From Callorhinchus milii (Eukaryota): a stretch of 64,000 bases of DNA. Under the pieces are notes generated by a model. That model had not been told where the DNA came from. It made no database searches and saw only the letters and a program-made list of their open reading frames with translations. This document shows, piece by piece, positions 23,843 to 35,752 of this stretch (the first letter of the stretch is position 1; every line of letters begins with the position of its first letter). Both the position numbers and the translations under genes were made by a program. The stretch lies in the NCBI RefSeq assembly GCF_018977255.1, contig NW_024704742.1, positions 41,604,001 through 41,668,000 on the forward strand. Reading direction: 5' to 3'.

Positions 23843-24556
23843 TTGACTTGACTTGTTGCAAAACCTTAACTGTCATGTTGACATGATGTGGAATTGGACA
23901 GACGTTGAGCACAAATTATTCATGAATGTGGAAAGAAAAGGATCCCAAATATATATTTATTTAAATAAGAGCTTTTTTCTTACNAAAAAGTGTGGTGTAG
24001 ACGTTAAACTATCTGACCCTTCACAAGGGCTGCAGCATGATTTCAAAGGTTTCTATGCTTTGATCTTCAATTTTGCAAACTCTTAGGAAAAATGAAAGGT
24101 CAATGCAATGCTTACACTTTGATATTTTGACAGTTGTACGTGGGAAAGAGCTTTTAACACACATCTCAAATTAAAACCACCAACAGACAGGAAAGGGGCC
24201 CTTGTGTAATTATAGATGGAGTGAAACGCCTAGGGCTGAGAAACAACTTCTAACAGAAGGCAAACAGCAGTTCGTCTGAAAAGCCACTCACCCTTGCAGT
24301 TAGGAACATTGCTCTGCATCCCTTATGGAGTGCTTAGTGGTGTCTAATACCACTTTTGTAGAATGTGATGCAGCTGCCTTCTGAGTCAAGCCTGCTTCAG
24401 GAGCAGGCTTTATTGTAAAATGGTTGGTTTTCCTGACTGGATATCCCAAGAGCTGACTTGGAGGTGCGTCTCCCATTGGCTCCAGTGCAGGTTCGCAGCA
24501 GGTCAGGGAGTTGGAACAGTGACTCTAGCATTGCTCCATGCATGTGCAGACATTCT

Positions 24557-24720
24557 AATAATAATTTGCATTTAGTATAGTATCTTTCACGTGAGGAAGA
24601 TATTTTAAAACACTTCAAGGGTTTACTGTGAAGTGGAGCGACTGTATTTTTGTAGGCAACTCATTGGAGTGCAGCAAAGTCCCATAAACATGAAATGAAT
24701 AACCAATTTTATTTTGAGGG
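24557..24720 (-). mobile_element. Diverged SINE 3' fragment
   Basis: (AAT)n + 'ttgcatttagtatagtatctttcacgtgagga...cacttcaagggtttactgtgaagtg'. Confidence 0.6.
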
Positions 24721-25759
24721 CTAAATCATTGGAAGAAACTTCCTTCACTTTTCAAATAAATTGTGTTGTATTATTGTATTGTATACTGTATTCCTGAACT
24801 CGATGCAATGGGGAGCAATGAAGCTGAATGAGAATGGGTCTGGTAGACTCTCGGAGCCTAGTGCAGCAGAGGATAAGGGCTGCAAAGTTCTTGATAGTCT
24901 GCAGCGTGTGTGGGGAAGAGCTGGGGAGTCCGGCAAGCAGGGCTTCACTGTAATATATTGCATTTTAAAAAAAGGATTTTCGTAGTTATATGTCATTTGC
25001 TCAACACGATCTCATAGAATGCAGCACGGATAAGAAATTCTATTGATTGTGCAGGCAGGAAGACAAATGCAGGTCAATGTCATCCTGCAGGCACTTCCTA
25101 CAAATCTATACTGTAGGTTTATGGTAGAGAAGTGGATTAACGAAAGAAGGTTTTTCATTCTAGGCACAAATTACATTTTATTGATGAATTTGGTTTTGTT
25201 GCTAGTGCTTTGTGTAATCTTGCTTCACTCTGGATGTTTGACTTTTCCAAATCCGTCAACTAGATATTTAAAAAAGTTATAAATTATTAACATCATCCAG
25301 ACAGGATACACAGCAACACCTTGTATTAAATGTAATAATGCTGTACTTACTGGAAAGGTTTGTTTTGGTCACCTTCTCCTTTAACAGTGTATAAACAAAC
25401 CTGAAAGGTATTCCTGAATTCATAAGTGTGTATACTTACAGGCTGTGGGAAGATTTCCGATTCCTCAGAAACACTGGGCTGAAAATACTGTCATTAATGC
25501 CAGTAATTTTATCAAATTACATACCATAGTTTTATGTAGCAACACAGCCATGTAGCCTCAAAGATGAGTTTGTTTTCTTATGGAGAACATACCTTTTAAA
25601 AATTGGGTCAAATTTGCACTACTTGCAAATGTGTTTGAAATGTTCTCATTGTGACTTTGAATTGGAACTATTGAAAATTATGATTTCTAATGTTCTCAAA
25701 GTAACTATTTCTGATTTCTGAAATCCAGCAAAGTGTGAGACATTTTGTGAATATTACAA

Positions 25760-26011
25760 AAAAATTACTGGGATAAAAACTCTTCTCCTTTCAAATATTG
25801 CCAGGAGATCTTTAATGTCGACCTGAAAAGTCAGACATGACCTTGGTTTAACACTTCAGCCAAAGGATAGCACATTCAGCAGTTCAATGTACCCCCAGGA
25901 CTGCATTAAAGTGTCAGCATAGACAATATGGGTTCAAACTCCCAACGTGAGGCTTGAACCCATACCTTCTGACTCAGAGGCTAGAATGCTACTGACTGAG
26001 CCAAGCTGACA
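25760..26011 (-). mobile_element. Deu-domain SINE (head + Deu block)
   Basis: Matches 880-1101: 'gatctttaatgtcgacctg...ggtttaacac...gcttgaaccc..accttctgactcagagg...ctgagccaagctgaca'. Confidence 0.8.
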
Positions 26012-26536
26012 ATATCTAAGTTGTACCACAGCAATGTCTCTCCACATTTTGGTGATGACTAACCTGGTTGAACGGGAAGATCAGATGGATCATAATAAAA
26101 ACACAGTTTTTCCCTTATCACCTCTGATACCTAAGCTGCTCTGTGATTTTCTCACCACTATATACTATTCAACATTGTCATATCATGAACTATTGGAGTC
26201 ATCTTTTCCTGGTGTCTTGCTTAGGTAAATGGAAAAGAGCTTTGAATGATAATACACAACCCTTGCAAAATTTACGAGCTCCCGTATTTCTTTCACTTCT
26301 GTCTTGTTACTTGTCGGTGTATAAAATAAAAGAAAACTCAATCATTTCAGTGGTGACTAGTTTTTAGGATTACGAGTTTCATACCTATCATCATTTATGG
26401 CTATGCAGTGCTGTTTGACTGGTCCAGTAGATATTGATCTGATGGAGTACCGCACAATGTGAAATCCACTGAGACCTTAGCACAAGCAATTTTATTTTTC
26501 CTCATTCCTCAGTGTTATTTGCTGCTGTTGAATGGT

Positions 26537-26720
26537 AATATTATAATCATAATAATAATTCTTGCACTTGATATAGCGCCTTATCAAGTCTTTGAGATGT
26601 CTCAAAGCACTTCACAGGATATACTGTAAACTGAATTGATTGTATATTTTGTGGGCGAAATGTGGCAGCCAATTGCACACAGCTGTGACTCACGAATCTT
26701 GTGAATTGAGTGACTAAATT
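26537..26720 (-). mobile_element. tRNA-Ala SINE family, 5'-truncated
   Basis: Tail and Deu-like block 'gtgggcgaaatgtggcagccaattgcacacagc'. Confidence 0.85.
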
Positions 26721-26917
26721 GTAATGTTTTTCATTTTTATATTAGGGTCTAAAATGTGACATTTCCAAACTATGAGTTGCTACATAAATTCTGGTTTTCG
26801 ACTGAAAAGCTATGAACAAAACCGAACCCCACAAGACAACAAAAGATATTTTGTGGCTGGCATTTGGCTTTCCAATTTGCTTTCAGCCTTTTTGTCAATC
26901 GAAAAAAGATCCAAGAT

Positions 26918-27435
26918 ACAACAACAACAACAAAATTACATTTATTGAGCGGCTTTCACAACGGGAGGACGTCCCAAAGCACTGGACAGTCAGGGGTCGG
27001 GACCTGAGTATGGGGGAGGGATGGTGTAGGGGTGAGGGAAGGCAGAGAGGTGGGAGGGAGACCAAAGGAACAGTCGAAGAGAAGGGACTTGAGACTGGCC
27101 TTGAAGGAGGCAAGGGAGGAAGCGAGGCGAAGGGACCGTGGGATGGAGATCCAGAGTGTGGGGGCAGAGAGGCTGAAAGCCCGGCCACCGATGGTAGGTC
27201 GGGTTGGGCGGGAGACATGGAGCAGGCCGGAGCCCGCTGAATGGAGGGAGCGGGCAGGTTGGTAGGGAGCGGCAGGTCAGAGAGGTAGGAGGGGCCAAGG
27301 CCATGGATGGCCTTAAAGATGAGGACAAGGATCTTGAATTTGATCCTCTGGAGGATGGGGAGCCAGTGTAGTCGGGCGAGGGTGGGAGTGATGGGGTCAC
27401 GGAGTCTGGTGCATGAGGGTACACGAGCTGCAAAG
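26918..27435 (-). mobile_element. L2 3' fragment
   Basis: (CAA)n tail; the minus strand encodes 'ITPTLARLHWLPILQRIKFKILVLIFKA'. Confidence 0.9.
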
Positions 27436-27639
27436 CTGATTATGTGTCTGAGCTTCTAGTTTACCAAGGCTGTGTTTTAGAACCCAATTAACATTTCACT
27501 CTGGAAACATACATCTTGTTCGTCATATGTAACCACAAGATAGGGCATTCATACAATAAATAACATAAGGAAAAACATCACAGTTTTACAGTGTCTTATC
27601 CCATCAGAACATGTGGAGCCATGAGGTAAATAACCCATT

Positions 27640-27905
27640 TAACTGGAAGATTATTGGCCAGGAGAATAAAAAAGTTCCTGCGTGTTTCAAATATAACATT
27701 GTGAGATCTTGAGCATCTACCTGAATAGGCAGACACTCCCTTGGCTTTGATGTCTCATTGTAAAGACAATACCTCTGACAGCAGTAATCCCCCATTACTG
27801 CAGTGGAGATCCAGCCTCAACTGTGTGCCCAAGTCACAATATCAGGCACAAACCCACAACTTTCCAACCCAGAAGCAAGAACGCTACCGAATGAGACAGA
27901 CTAAC
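27640..27905 (-). mobile_element. Deu-domain SINE, diverged
   Basis: Colinear with 25760-26011 (gatcttgagcatctacctg...gtctcattgtaaagac...aacccacaactttcc...gaatgagacagac). Confidence 0.65.
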
Positions 27906-28029
27906 ATTTAACATACACAAACCTACATTTGAACATTGAGTGCATGGTATGGTATTTAAGGTCATGTGTCAGAAGTATGCCTGGCTTGAAAAGAGAATGT
28001 CATGACATGATGACACTTCCACTCATAAT

Positions 28030-28880
28030 ACATTAGGGAGATATAGCCCCTTCAAGGGATAAGTTAAAAGAGATATAATAGGAGATCAAGAGATGGCAGG
28101 CATGCTAAATAAATTCTCCACATCAGTTTTCACAAATGAAGACTGCTGTCAATTCCAGTTTCAGTCTTTTTTGGTTCAGTCATTTTTAAAGGTAAGTAAA
28201 ACCTGTGCTCAGAAGCAATTCATAGCATTCAGTGGCACATTCTCTGTTATACCTGCTCCTTCTGATCTGGAGGCACTGGCCTGCTTCACATTCCCCGCCC
28301 TGCTTGCCTGCCTGCCCCACCATCGGCAATCAGGCCCTCAGTCTTTCTGCCCCCACTCTCTGGAACTTCAGCCCAATGTCTCTTCACCTCACCTCTTCCT
28401 TCATCTCCTGCTGTTCACACTATCTATAAATGTCTTGTAGGGCAGCGCTTATTTAATACTATAATATTTGCTGATGATACCAAGCTGGGAAGGTGACTAA
28501 TATGAGGATAAATAACATTCAGATTCAGACGACTTAAGCAAGTGGGTCAAGGAGTGGCAGGTGGACATCAATGTGACAAATGTAAGTTAATGAATAGAAC
28601 AATGAACATGTAAGAAATGAATGTGGGTTCTTAATCAGAAGGTGAGAAAGAAAATGATTTGGGGGTGAAATCAAATGAAAGTATTATTATTAGGTTATTC
28701 ATCATTAACTTAAATTTTCCAGTTGTTGTGAAGCTATTATTAACATAGCTAAAGAAATATGAGGTCACATCTCAAGAATGTTTCACTATAACTTGAAAGA
28801 AATCACAAGGCCACATTTCGAATAACGTATGTATAGTTATAGACATCCTATTTTCAAAAGACAAGATTGAAGTCTAATAT
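28030..28880 (+). mobile_element. Decayed CR1 ORF2 pieces with an L2 fragment (~28240-28420) inside
   Basis: 'EMAGMLNKFSTSVFTNED', 'IFADDTKLG', 'WVKEWQVDINVTN', 'EKENDLGV', 'RPHFE'. The L2 piece reads 'ALSLSAPTLWNF'. Confidence 0.75.
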
Positions 28881-29640
28881 ACGATAAACATACAGTCAAT
28901 TCACTTTACAGTCTATTCTGCGAAGTGCTTTGAGACATTGAGAAGATGTGAAAAAAGCTATATCAAATGTAAGGAATATTATTATTGTCAAACCCAATTT
29001 GTCGCATTAATTGTGACTCAGAGGTTTTTGAATAGTGGATTGCAAAACGTGCGTAAAAGTCACAGTTGACAAATGGAAAATCCTGAGCTGAGCAAGCCAA
29101 AAAAAAGGCCAAAAAAGCAGAGAATCTGGTTTGCGAACACCAAAATCAAATGCCCATTGAAGAGTTTAAAAGGATTCAGAGAAAATCTGACAGTGGGTTC
29201 AGTTGTCTGTCACCATTATTGATATTTTTTACAGGTCATTTTGTGAATAGCAATGATAGATGACACAACATTAGAATGAAATGGCATTTGCAGACAAGAA
29301 TACTGCATGTAGTTTAGAAACTTGGAATTTCTAATGATGCAAAGGGCTGTTTTCTAGGATGAAGTAATGCAAAAATTGTATCCTTACAAATGCAGCATTC
29401 AAATCATTAAAGCATTCATATTTCATTCCTCAATTTAACCAAAGGATTTAACGCTGACTGTATTTATGTAATCATTGTATGGCAATATACTAGTGCTAAA
29501 TGCATTTGGCTTTCTTTCTTAGAGATTTTAGCAGAACAAGATTGACATGTTTTATTTACTACATATTGTGTTCAGTTAATTTGCTTCCTATGATATGATA
29601 GATCTCTTTATCTACCACCCCCATAAACATGCCACAGGGC

Positions 29641-29740
29641 TTTGTAGACAATTTCTCAGATTGATAGCCAACATCAAATGTCACTGGGGTTTTTAGTATG
29701 TCAGAATGGATTAGGCAACTGCAGTGTAAGCGAATCTTAG
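29641..29740. repeat. ~100-bp direct repeat, copy 1 (partner at 30619-30717)
   Basis: By-eye alignment gives about 83% identity; shared core 'agccaacatcaaatRtcactg..ttttagtatgtcagaatg'. Confidence 0.85.
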
Positions 29741-30618
29741 AAAGTGTCAAAGATATTGTGCCATAAACAGATATTGACTTATTTAAATGATACAGGGATT
29801 CAGAAGAGGGGGTTCCTTTTCCTGAACTGGTGCAGAACATGCTTTAGGCATAGTGGGATGTAGAAAACAATTTTATAAAGACTTTGTAACCTAATTTTTG
29901 TCAGTCTGTATCTTACACTGATTAACCATTGTACAAAGGAAGAAGATGGCATTATGCTTTCATCGTTTAGCAAACAACATACTACATGCCGATAGTCACT
30001 TGAACCTCTACATAAGGTAATTGTCTAATTTGCTGCTCACATACTTCCCTGCTTATTGGCCTTGTAAATAATTGAAGAGTGGAAAAATATCTGATCAGTT
30101 CTGAGCCACGACTGAATTTACAACATTAGATAAGAGAGTGCCAGGGCTATATTTTATTCTCTGTGTTTACGATTGCTAATCAGAGCACCAAATTGTGCAT
30201 GTTTGTGCATTGATGCGTGCAGCCAATGTTCACAGTGTGACTGTCGGCACGAAAAACATTCAAAAGGTAGATTTTAAGAAGATGCAAATGAAGGTGGATA
30301 TACAACATTGATTTCCTCTGCCGTGTGGTCGAAGGGAAAAAAAGAGAATGGAAAAATAAAGCAGTCGATCAGCATTGCTCCACCAGTTAAACTTAACTTG
30401 GATTCAATGCATCTGAGAAAATCATTTTCGGCTGTAAAACTACTCAATGGGCCTAAAATGCTACTCAATCTTAATCTGAAAATCTATTTCATCTTAAAAT
30501 TCAAGATTGTGCAGAATTGCTCAGAATTCTTCAATTCAGTCTTAATTTATAAACGGTCCACATTTCTTAAAAAAAATGAAGGTTGAAATTAAGAATTTTC
30601 CCAAATTCTAAGCAAATT

Positions 30619-30717
30619 TTTGTAGATATTTTCTCTGATTGAGAGCCAACATCAAATATCACTGAGGTTTTAGTATGTCAGAATGAAGTAGACAACAGCC
30701 AAATAAGCGAGTCTAAG
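30619..30717. repeat. ~100-bp direct repeat, copy 2
   Basis: See 29641-29740. Confidence 0.85.
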
Positions 30718-30809
30718 CAATCTTAAATGTGAAGGCATATACAGAACCCCAACGTCACTTGTTAGCACCACATGGCTGTGTCATGATGACCCATAAGTTG
30801 GCCATTTTT

Positions 30810-30992
30810 TTCAGTGCCTTGCCTCCTTCAAAGCCTGTTTCAAGACTTCTTTTCGACCCTGCCTTCGGTCATCTTTCCTCTTCCACCCCTCTCTGAAACC
30901 AATCCGCAATTCCGGTGTAAACCCCTCATTGTACAGTACCTTGGGACATTCTCTCGACCTAAAAGGCACTAAAAAATGCAATGTGTTGTTGT
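30810..30992 (+). mobile_element. L2 3' fragment
   Basis: 'ccttgcctccttcaaagcctgtttcaagac...ccttgggacattctc...aaaggcactaaaaaatgcaatgtgttgttg'. Confidence 0.75.
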
Positions 30993-31261
30993 TCCATGTC
31001 ATTATGTCACCACTGACATTACTTCCTGCTTTGCACATGTGTTACTTTAGTCGGAGCCTAATGCAGGAGAGGACATGGACTGCAGAGTTCTAACAAGGTG
31101 GAGGAAGGGAAATGCTACGTCTTAGAACGCAATGAAAATATTGCAATTCTTCTCCCTATTGTGGATGAAAGCCTACCATTCTGACCGTGCCTATGGTTCC
31201 CTCCCCACCTTCCCTGACTGGTGTCCCAGTACCATCTATGTTCAGTATTTTGAAACATTGT

Positions 31262-31843
31262 CAACAACAACAACTTGAATTTATATAGTGCCAACCCAGG
31301 CTGGGTGGTGTCTCAGGGCACTTGACAATGGCGGAGTCCGAGGCCGAACTAGGGGGAGGGGGAAGGTGACCTTAGGCACGGTTGAAGAGGAAGGTCTTCA
31401 GGCGTGACCTGAAGATGGGGAAGGAGTGGGTGAGGCAAAGGGGTTGAGGGAGGGAGTTCCAAAGTTTCAGGGAGTAGTGGCTAAAGGCACAGCCACCGAT
31501 GGTGGAGCGGAGGATTTGGGCGATGCGAGGAGGTCAGACCCAAGAGAGCGGAGGTACCAGATACTGCTGTAGGGAGAGAGGAGGTTGGAGAGACTGGGTT
31601 GCCAAGGAATGGAGGGATTTAAACACTAGTCAGAGGATCTTGTAGTCGATGTGACAGAGCCAGTGGAGTTTGGCAAGGACTGGAGTATTCGGGGTATGAA
31701 GTTTGTTGCTGGTGAGAATGTGGGTGGCGGAGTTTTGAATGAGCTGAGTTTTGTGAATAGTGGAGGAGGAGAGACCGGCGAGGAGGGCATTAGAGTAGTC
31801 CAGCCGAGATGAAAGGCGCTGCAAAAATGCAACTTGTTGTTGT
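31262..31843 (-). mobile_element. L2 3' fragment (-) joined to a short opposite-strand L2 tail (~31806-31843)
   Basis: The minus strand encodes '[28 protein letters not shown]'. There is a (CAA)n tail on the left and 'gatgaaaggcgctgcaaaaatgcaacttgttgttgt' on the right. Confidence 0.85.
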
Positions 31844-31984
31844 AGGTCTTGGTAAATGTACAAACATCAATGATTATGTTGTGGAGTGACACAGACTGTG
31901 AACATGTTTACAGAGTACAGCACTTTGCAGTCTTGGTGTAACACAGGAATCTGTGCAGCTCTGAGGCTGTTTGCTCCCATAATT

Positions 31985-32298
31985 TGGAGTCCTGTAGCTC
32001 AGTGGTTAGAGTACTCGCCTTGCAAGCGAGGACCTGGGTTCAATTCCAGGCAGAGCGAAACCTTGGGCAAGTTTCCTTACACCACACAGAGCCTAATAAT
32101 AATCCCTCCAAAAACAAACAAAAATAAATTGGTCATTTTTAATCCACGACTGTTTGTGGGACACTGCTGTGTGCAATTGGCTGCCGTGTTGTGCCTGCAA
32201 ATATACAGTCAATTCACTTTACAGTCTATCCTGTGAAGCGCTTTGAGATGTCGAGAAGGCGTGAAAAGCGCTATATCAAATGCAAGGATTATTATTAT
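31985..32298 (+). mobile_element. tRNA-Ala SINE, full length, short form
   Basis: ggagtcctgtagctcagtggttagagtactcgccTTGCAAgcgaggacctgggttcaattcc head; L2-like tail + (TAT)n. Confidence 0.93.
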
Positions 32299-33505
32299 AT
32301 GGCCATGGAAATCCCTCTGGGTGTCCATTGCTCCTAAAAAGTATCAAGAAACCGGACAAGTCAAAACAGCTAAAATTAGACTGAATCCCGAAATCTACAT
32401 AAACCTAAAATAAGCAATTTCCGGATGATTCAACAACAACTTGTACTTAGATAATGCCTTTTTTTGTGGGATAACATCTCAAAGTTTTTAAATGGCACAG
32501 TGTGGAATTCGAGCAATCTGACAAAAACAATACTTGGATTTATACAGCGCCCTTCACATGAAGTAGGGTCTCGAAGCACTTGAGAAAAATAGGGAGGATA
32601 GGAGGGAAGTAACCAAAGAAAAGATTTTCTTTTAGAAGGATTTTGAAAACAGGAGAGAGAGAGAAAGAGAGATGGAGGTGTTTTGGAAGGTAGTTAACGA
32701 GAGTGTGTGGGCATAGTGCCTGAAAGCTGAGATTTACTGTAAACCTGAATCTAATCTTGCGCTGGCCTGTCTCTCTCTTTAACAGCTGTTGTGAAGCCAC
32801 AACAAGTTTGCCTGGAATTGTAGCTGAGTGGTTGCCCTCCAAGACTGTTGTCACAGTAACAAACGCAGCACTTTTTTTACACCAACACATTTGTTCTATT
32901 GACTGGTGAACTGAATGGAGAGGAAGAGTTGGATTTGTAGTGGTTAATGGGGTGAAGTAACATCTCAATGTGTGGCAGCAAGCAGACTGCCAGTGTACTA
33001 CATAGGTTTATAGGATAAATTCCAACAACTGTTGTGGCTAGAGTTTGTAGTTAGTATATTATTAAAAATCTAAAAGAACACGTTAAACTTCTTTCGCACA
33101 AATTCAGGGAAACATTAACAAAACAATTCTGCCTTCCAGTCACTCACAACTTTGTACAGAATTTTATAAACCCGAATCCAATTCTGTGCTCCATGAAATC
33201 ACACAATGTTTACGAATAAAAGCATTTTTTTTGCTCTTCTACATGTAACATGAAATAATTTGCAGCTGAAAATCAATCTTTCTCTCACCCATCCCACCCA
33301 CACACATGACAAAAATAGTCAGCCCCCCCTCCCCCCAAGCATATTTCCTTTATTGACTAGAGGCAAACAATTTCTTAACCAAAATAATGGGAATCAAAAT
33401 CCAAAGCAACCTCAGACTTGAAATAATGTGAAGTGCACAAACTTTGAGAATTACCTCAATAGGAGTTGAATGCCTGTTGTAAATAATGGAAAATCGGCTC
33501 ACAAA

Positions 33506-33518
33506 AGGTCAAAGTTCC
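33506..33518 (+). promoter_or_regulatory. DR1 nuclear-receptor motif (HNF4/COUP/PPAR-RXR type)
   Basis: AGGTCA-A-AGTTCC, with a second CGGTCAAAG 22 nt downstream. Confidence 0.3.
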
Positions 33519-35502
33519 TACTCTTGGCGGTCAAAGCTATTTCGTGAGTTGCCCATATGGCTTTGGTTGTGGCCTGTTTTAAATGAAATTCATATTGTAT
33601 CTGCATTGCTGTCCATACTCACTGCAGAATCTGTTTCTCCATCAGCCCTAACATAAACTTTGAACTGTTTACTTGCCAACCAAAACCCTCCAAATATGTA
33701 CATTTGGGCTGCGTTCACAACACTTGAGACCTGATAGAAGTGGTTCTTAATTGTATATGCATGATGTGAATAGAGCTGATCCAGAGAACAACAGAGGGCA
33801 AAATGTCTGTTTCTGTGCCCTAATTGGTATATTAATAAGATGTGAACATGGACATGCACTCTGGAGTGATCAAGGCATTTTACACAAGCAAAAAGTGACT
33901 GTGCCGTAGTGCAACAGGGGAAATCTAACTCTTAAGTGTTTTCTTGTCTGCTATTCTCCTGGTAATGCATCTGTATGTTTTCCTTCCTGTGCCTCCAAGG
34001 AAGCAAGTGAATTGAAAAGTTTTGTTAATTCCTTCTATGCTATTCTTCCTAAAGGAAATCCACATGAACAGTCTATGTGTTGAGCCATTCCCTACTAATG
34101 ATGCATGGTGTTCTTTTATGTTCAGTGCTATGTACAAGATGAAAAAAATTTTGCAAGCATCTCAGTCTCTCTTTTCTCCAGACTCTCTATTCTTCTCTTT
34201 TCATTTCTTTTCAATTACTAAGATTAATTGGTCGTTTGGTTCATAGCTGTTTGTGGGATGTTACTGTATGCAAATTGGCTGCCATATTCTTCTACAAATA
34301 CACAATCAATTCTCTTTGAAATGCTTGGAGTACAGTCAACCCCTTCAAGACTGTTTCACACATTGAAATGCATGTAGTGACTGTTATGTTGGCAAGGTTG
34401 TATGTAGGTTGTTACTCTGGAGTAACAGCTCATTGGCCTTCTAACCTTTAAAATTCATATCAACCAAATACCTGAACCATTCAGATGTGCTTCCTATTGT
34501 ATAATGTATGTGAATACCTGTCTGCTAAGCATGCTGTATTTTTTTAACAATGCATTCATTTTGTCAAATTTGATCAATTGTGATTCAGTGTGGATACAAG
34601 CCATCCGGGACAAGCAACAGCCAGTTGGGAAATTCAGCAATTGAACCTGAATATTATTTTGAATGATGTGCAATTCACTTATTGGTGCCTGACTTTGAAT
34701 AGACACAACATCTAATGTTTAAGGACAGAGCCCATTTCATTGTATGATGTTCTTCTGTAACATATACAATGATATGGCAGCAGCTTACATCTCTTAAATC
34801 TGCTAAAATCTCCAGTGACAGGTTGAATGAACACTAGAGCTACACAAGTACTGTCATCTGCCTTATATTAGAACTGGTTCTGTTTTCTGCAACAAAGGAC
34901 TGGAATGAATTGCCAAACGCAATAAAAGTATGTTTAAACCATCATTTCTTTAAACAAAATATTTCAAGGGATGGATATTTGCTCCCGTTAATAGCCAATA
35001 CTATTTAATTGCAAATAGCTATTGAATTGCAACAAAAAAAATCAATATATTGTAAAATACGTATATGATTAATGGAAAAATTAAATATTAACCATGCCAT
35101 ATAATCTTTACAATTCTAATTTTCTGGGCTGTAAAACATTCTTTCTGCAAAGTTACCATTTATTGAGGTTTTTCATTTCACTGAAATAATATGCATGAAT
35201 AACATCAACTAAATTAAATTAACTAAACTAAAAGCTTTTTAGCAAAAAAACACCTTGCCAAAACAGAATCAATCACTCCCGACAAGGATTTAACACTGGT
35301 GCTGAGTTTAAGCATACTTAGCAGTTTGATTTAGGGTATTTGTTCTCATAAGCATTCTTCCTGCCACAGATTATACATTGCAGAACTTTTCCCCAATCCA
35401 TGAGGCTAATCAAACAAAACTTTCATCATATTAATGTAGCTGTTCAGCCCATCTTTACTGCTCTGACCTGTTGACTCAATGGTGATTCAGACATATTCAT
35501 AT

Positions 35503-35752
35503 TCCAGGCAGGGCAACCTTGGGCAAGTTTCCTTACTCCACACACCTAATAATAATCCCTCCAAAACAAAACAATAATAAATTGGTCATTTTCAATCCAC
35601 GACAGTTTGTGGGACACTGCTGTGCGCAATTGGCTGCCGCGTTTCGCCCATAAATATACGGTCAATTCATTTTACAGTCTATTCTGTGAAGCACTTTGAG
35701 ACGTCTAGAAGACTTGAAAAGCGCTATATCAAATGCAAGGATTATTATTATT
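35503..35752 (+). mobile_element. tRNA-Ala SINE, short form, lacking most of the head
   Basis: 'ccttgggcaagtttccttactccac...gcgctatatcaaatgcaaggattattatt'. Confidence 0.9.
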
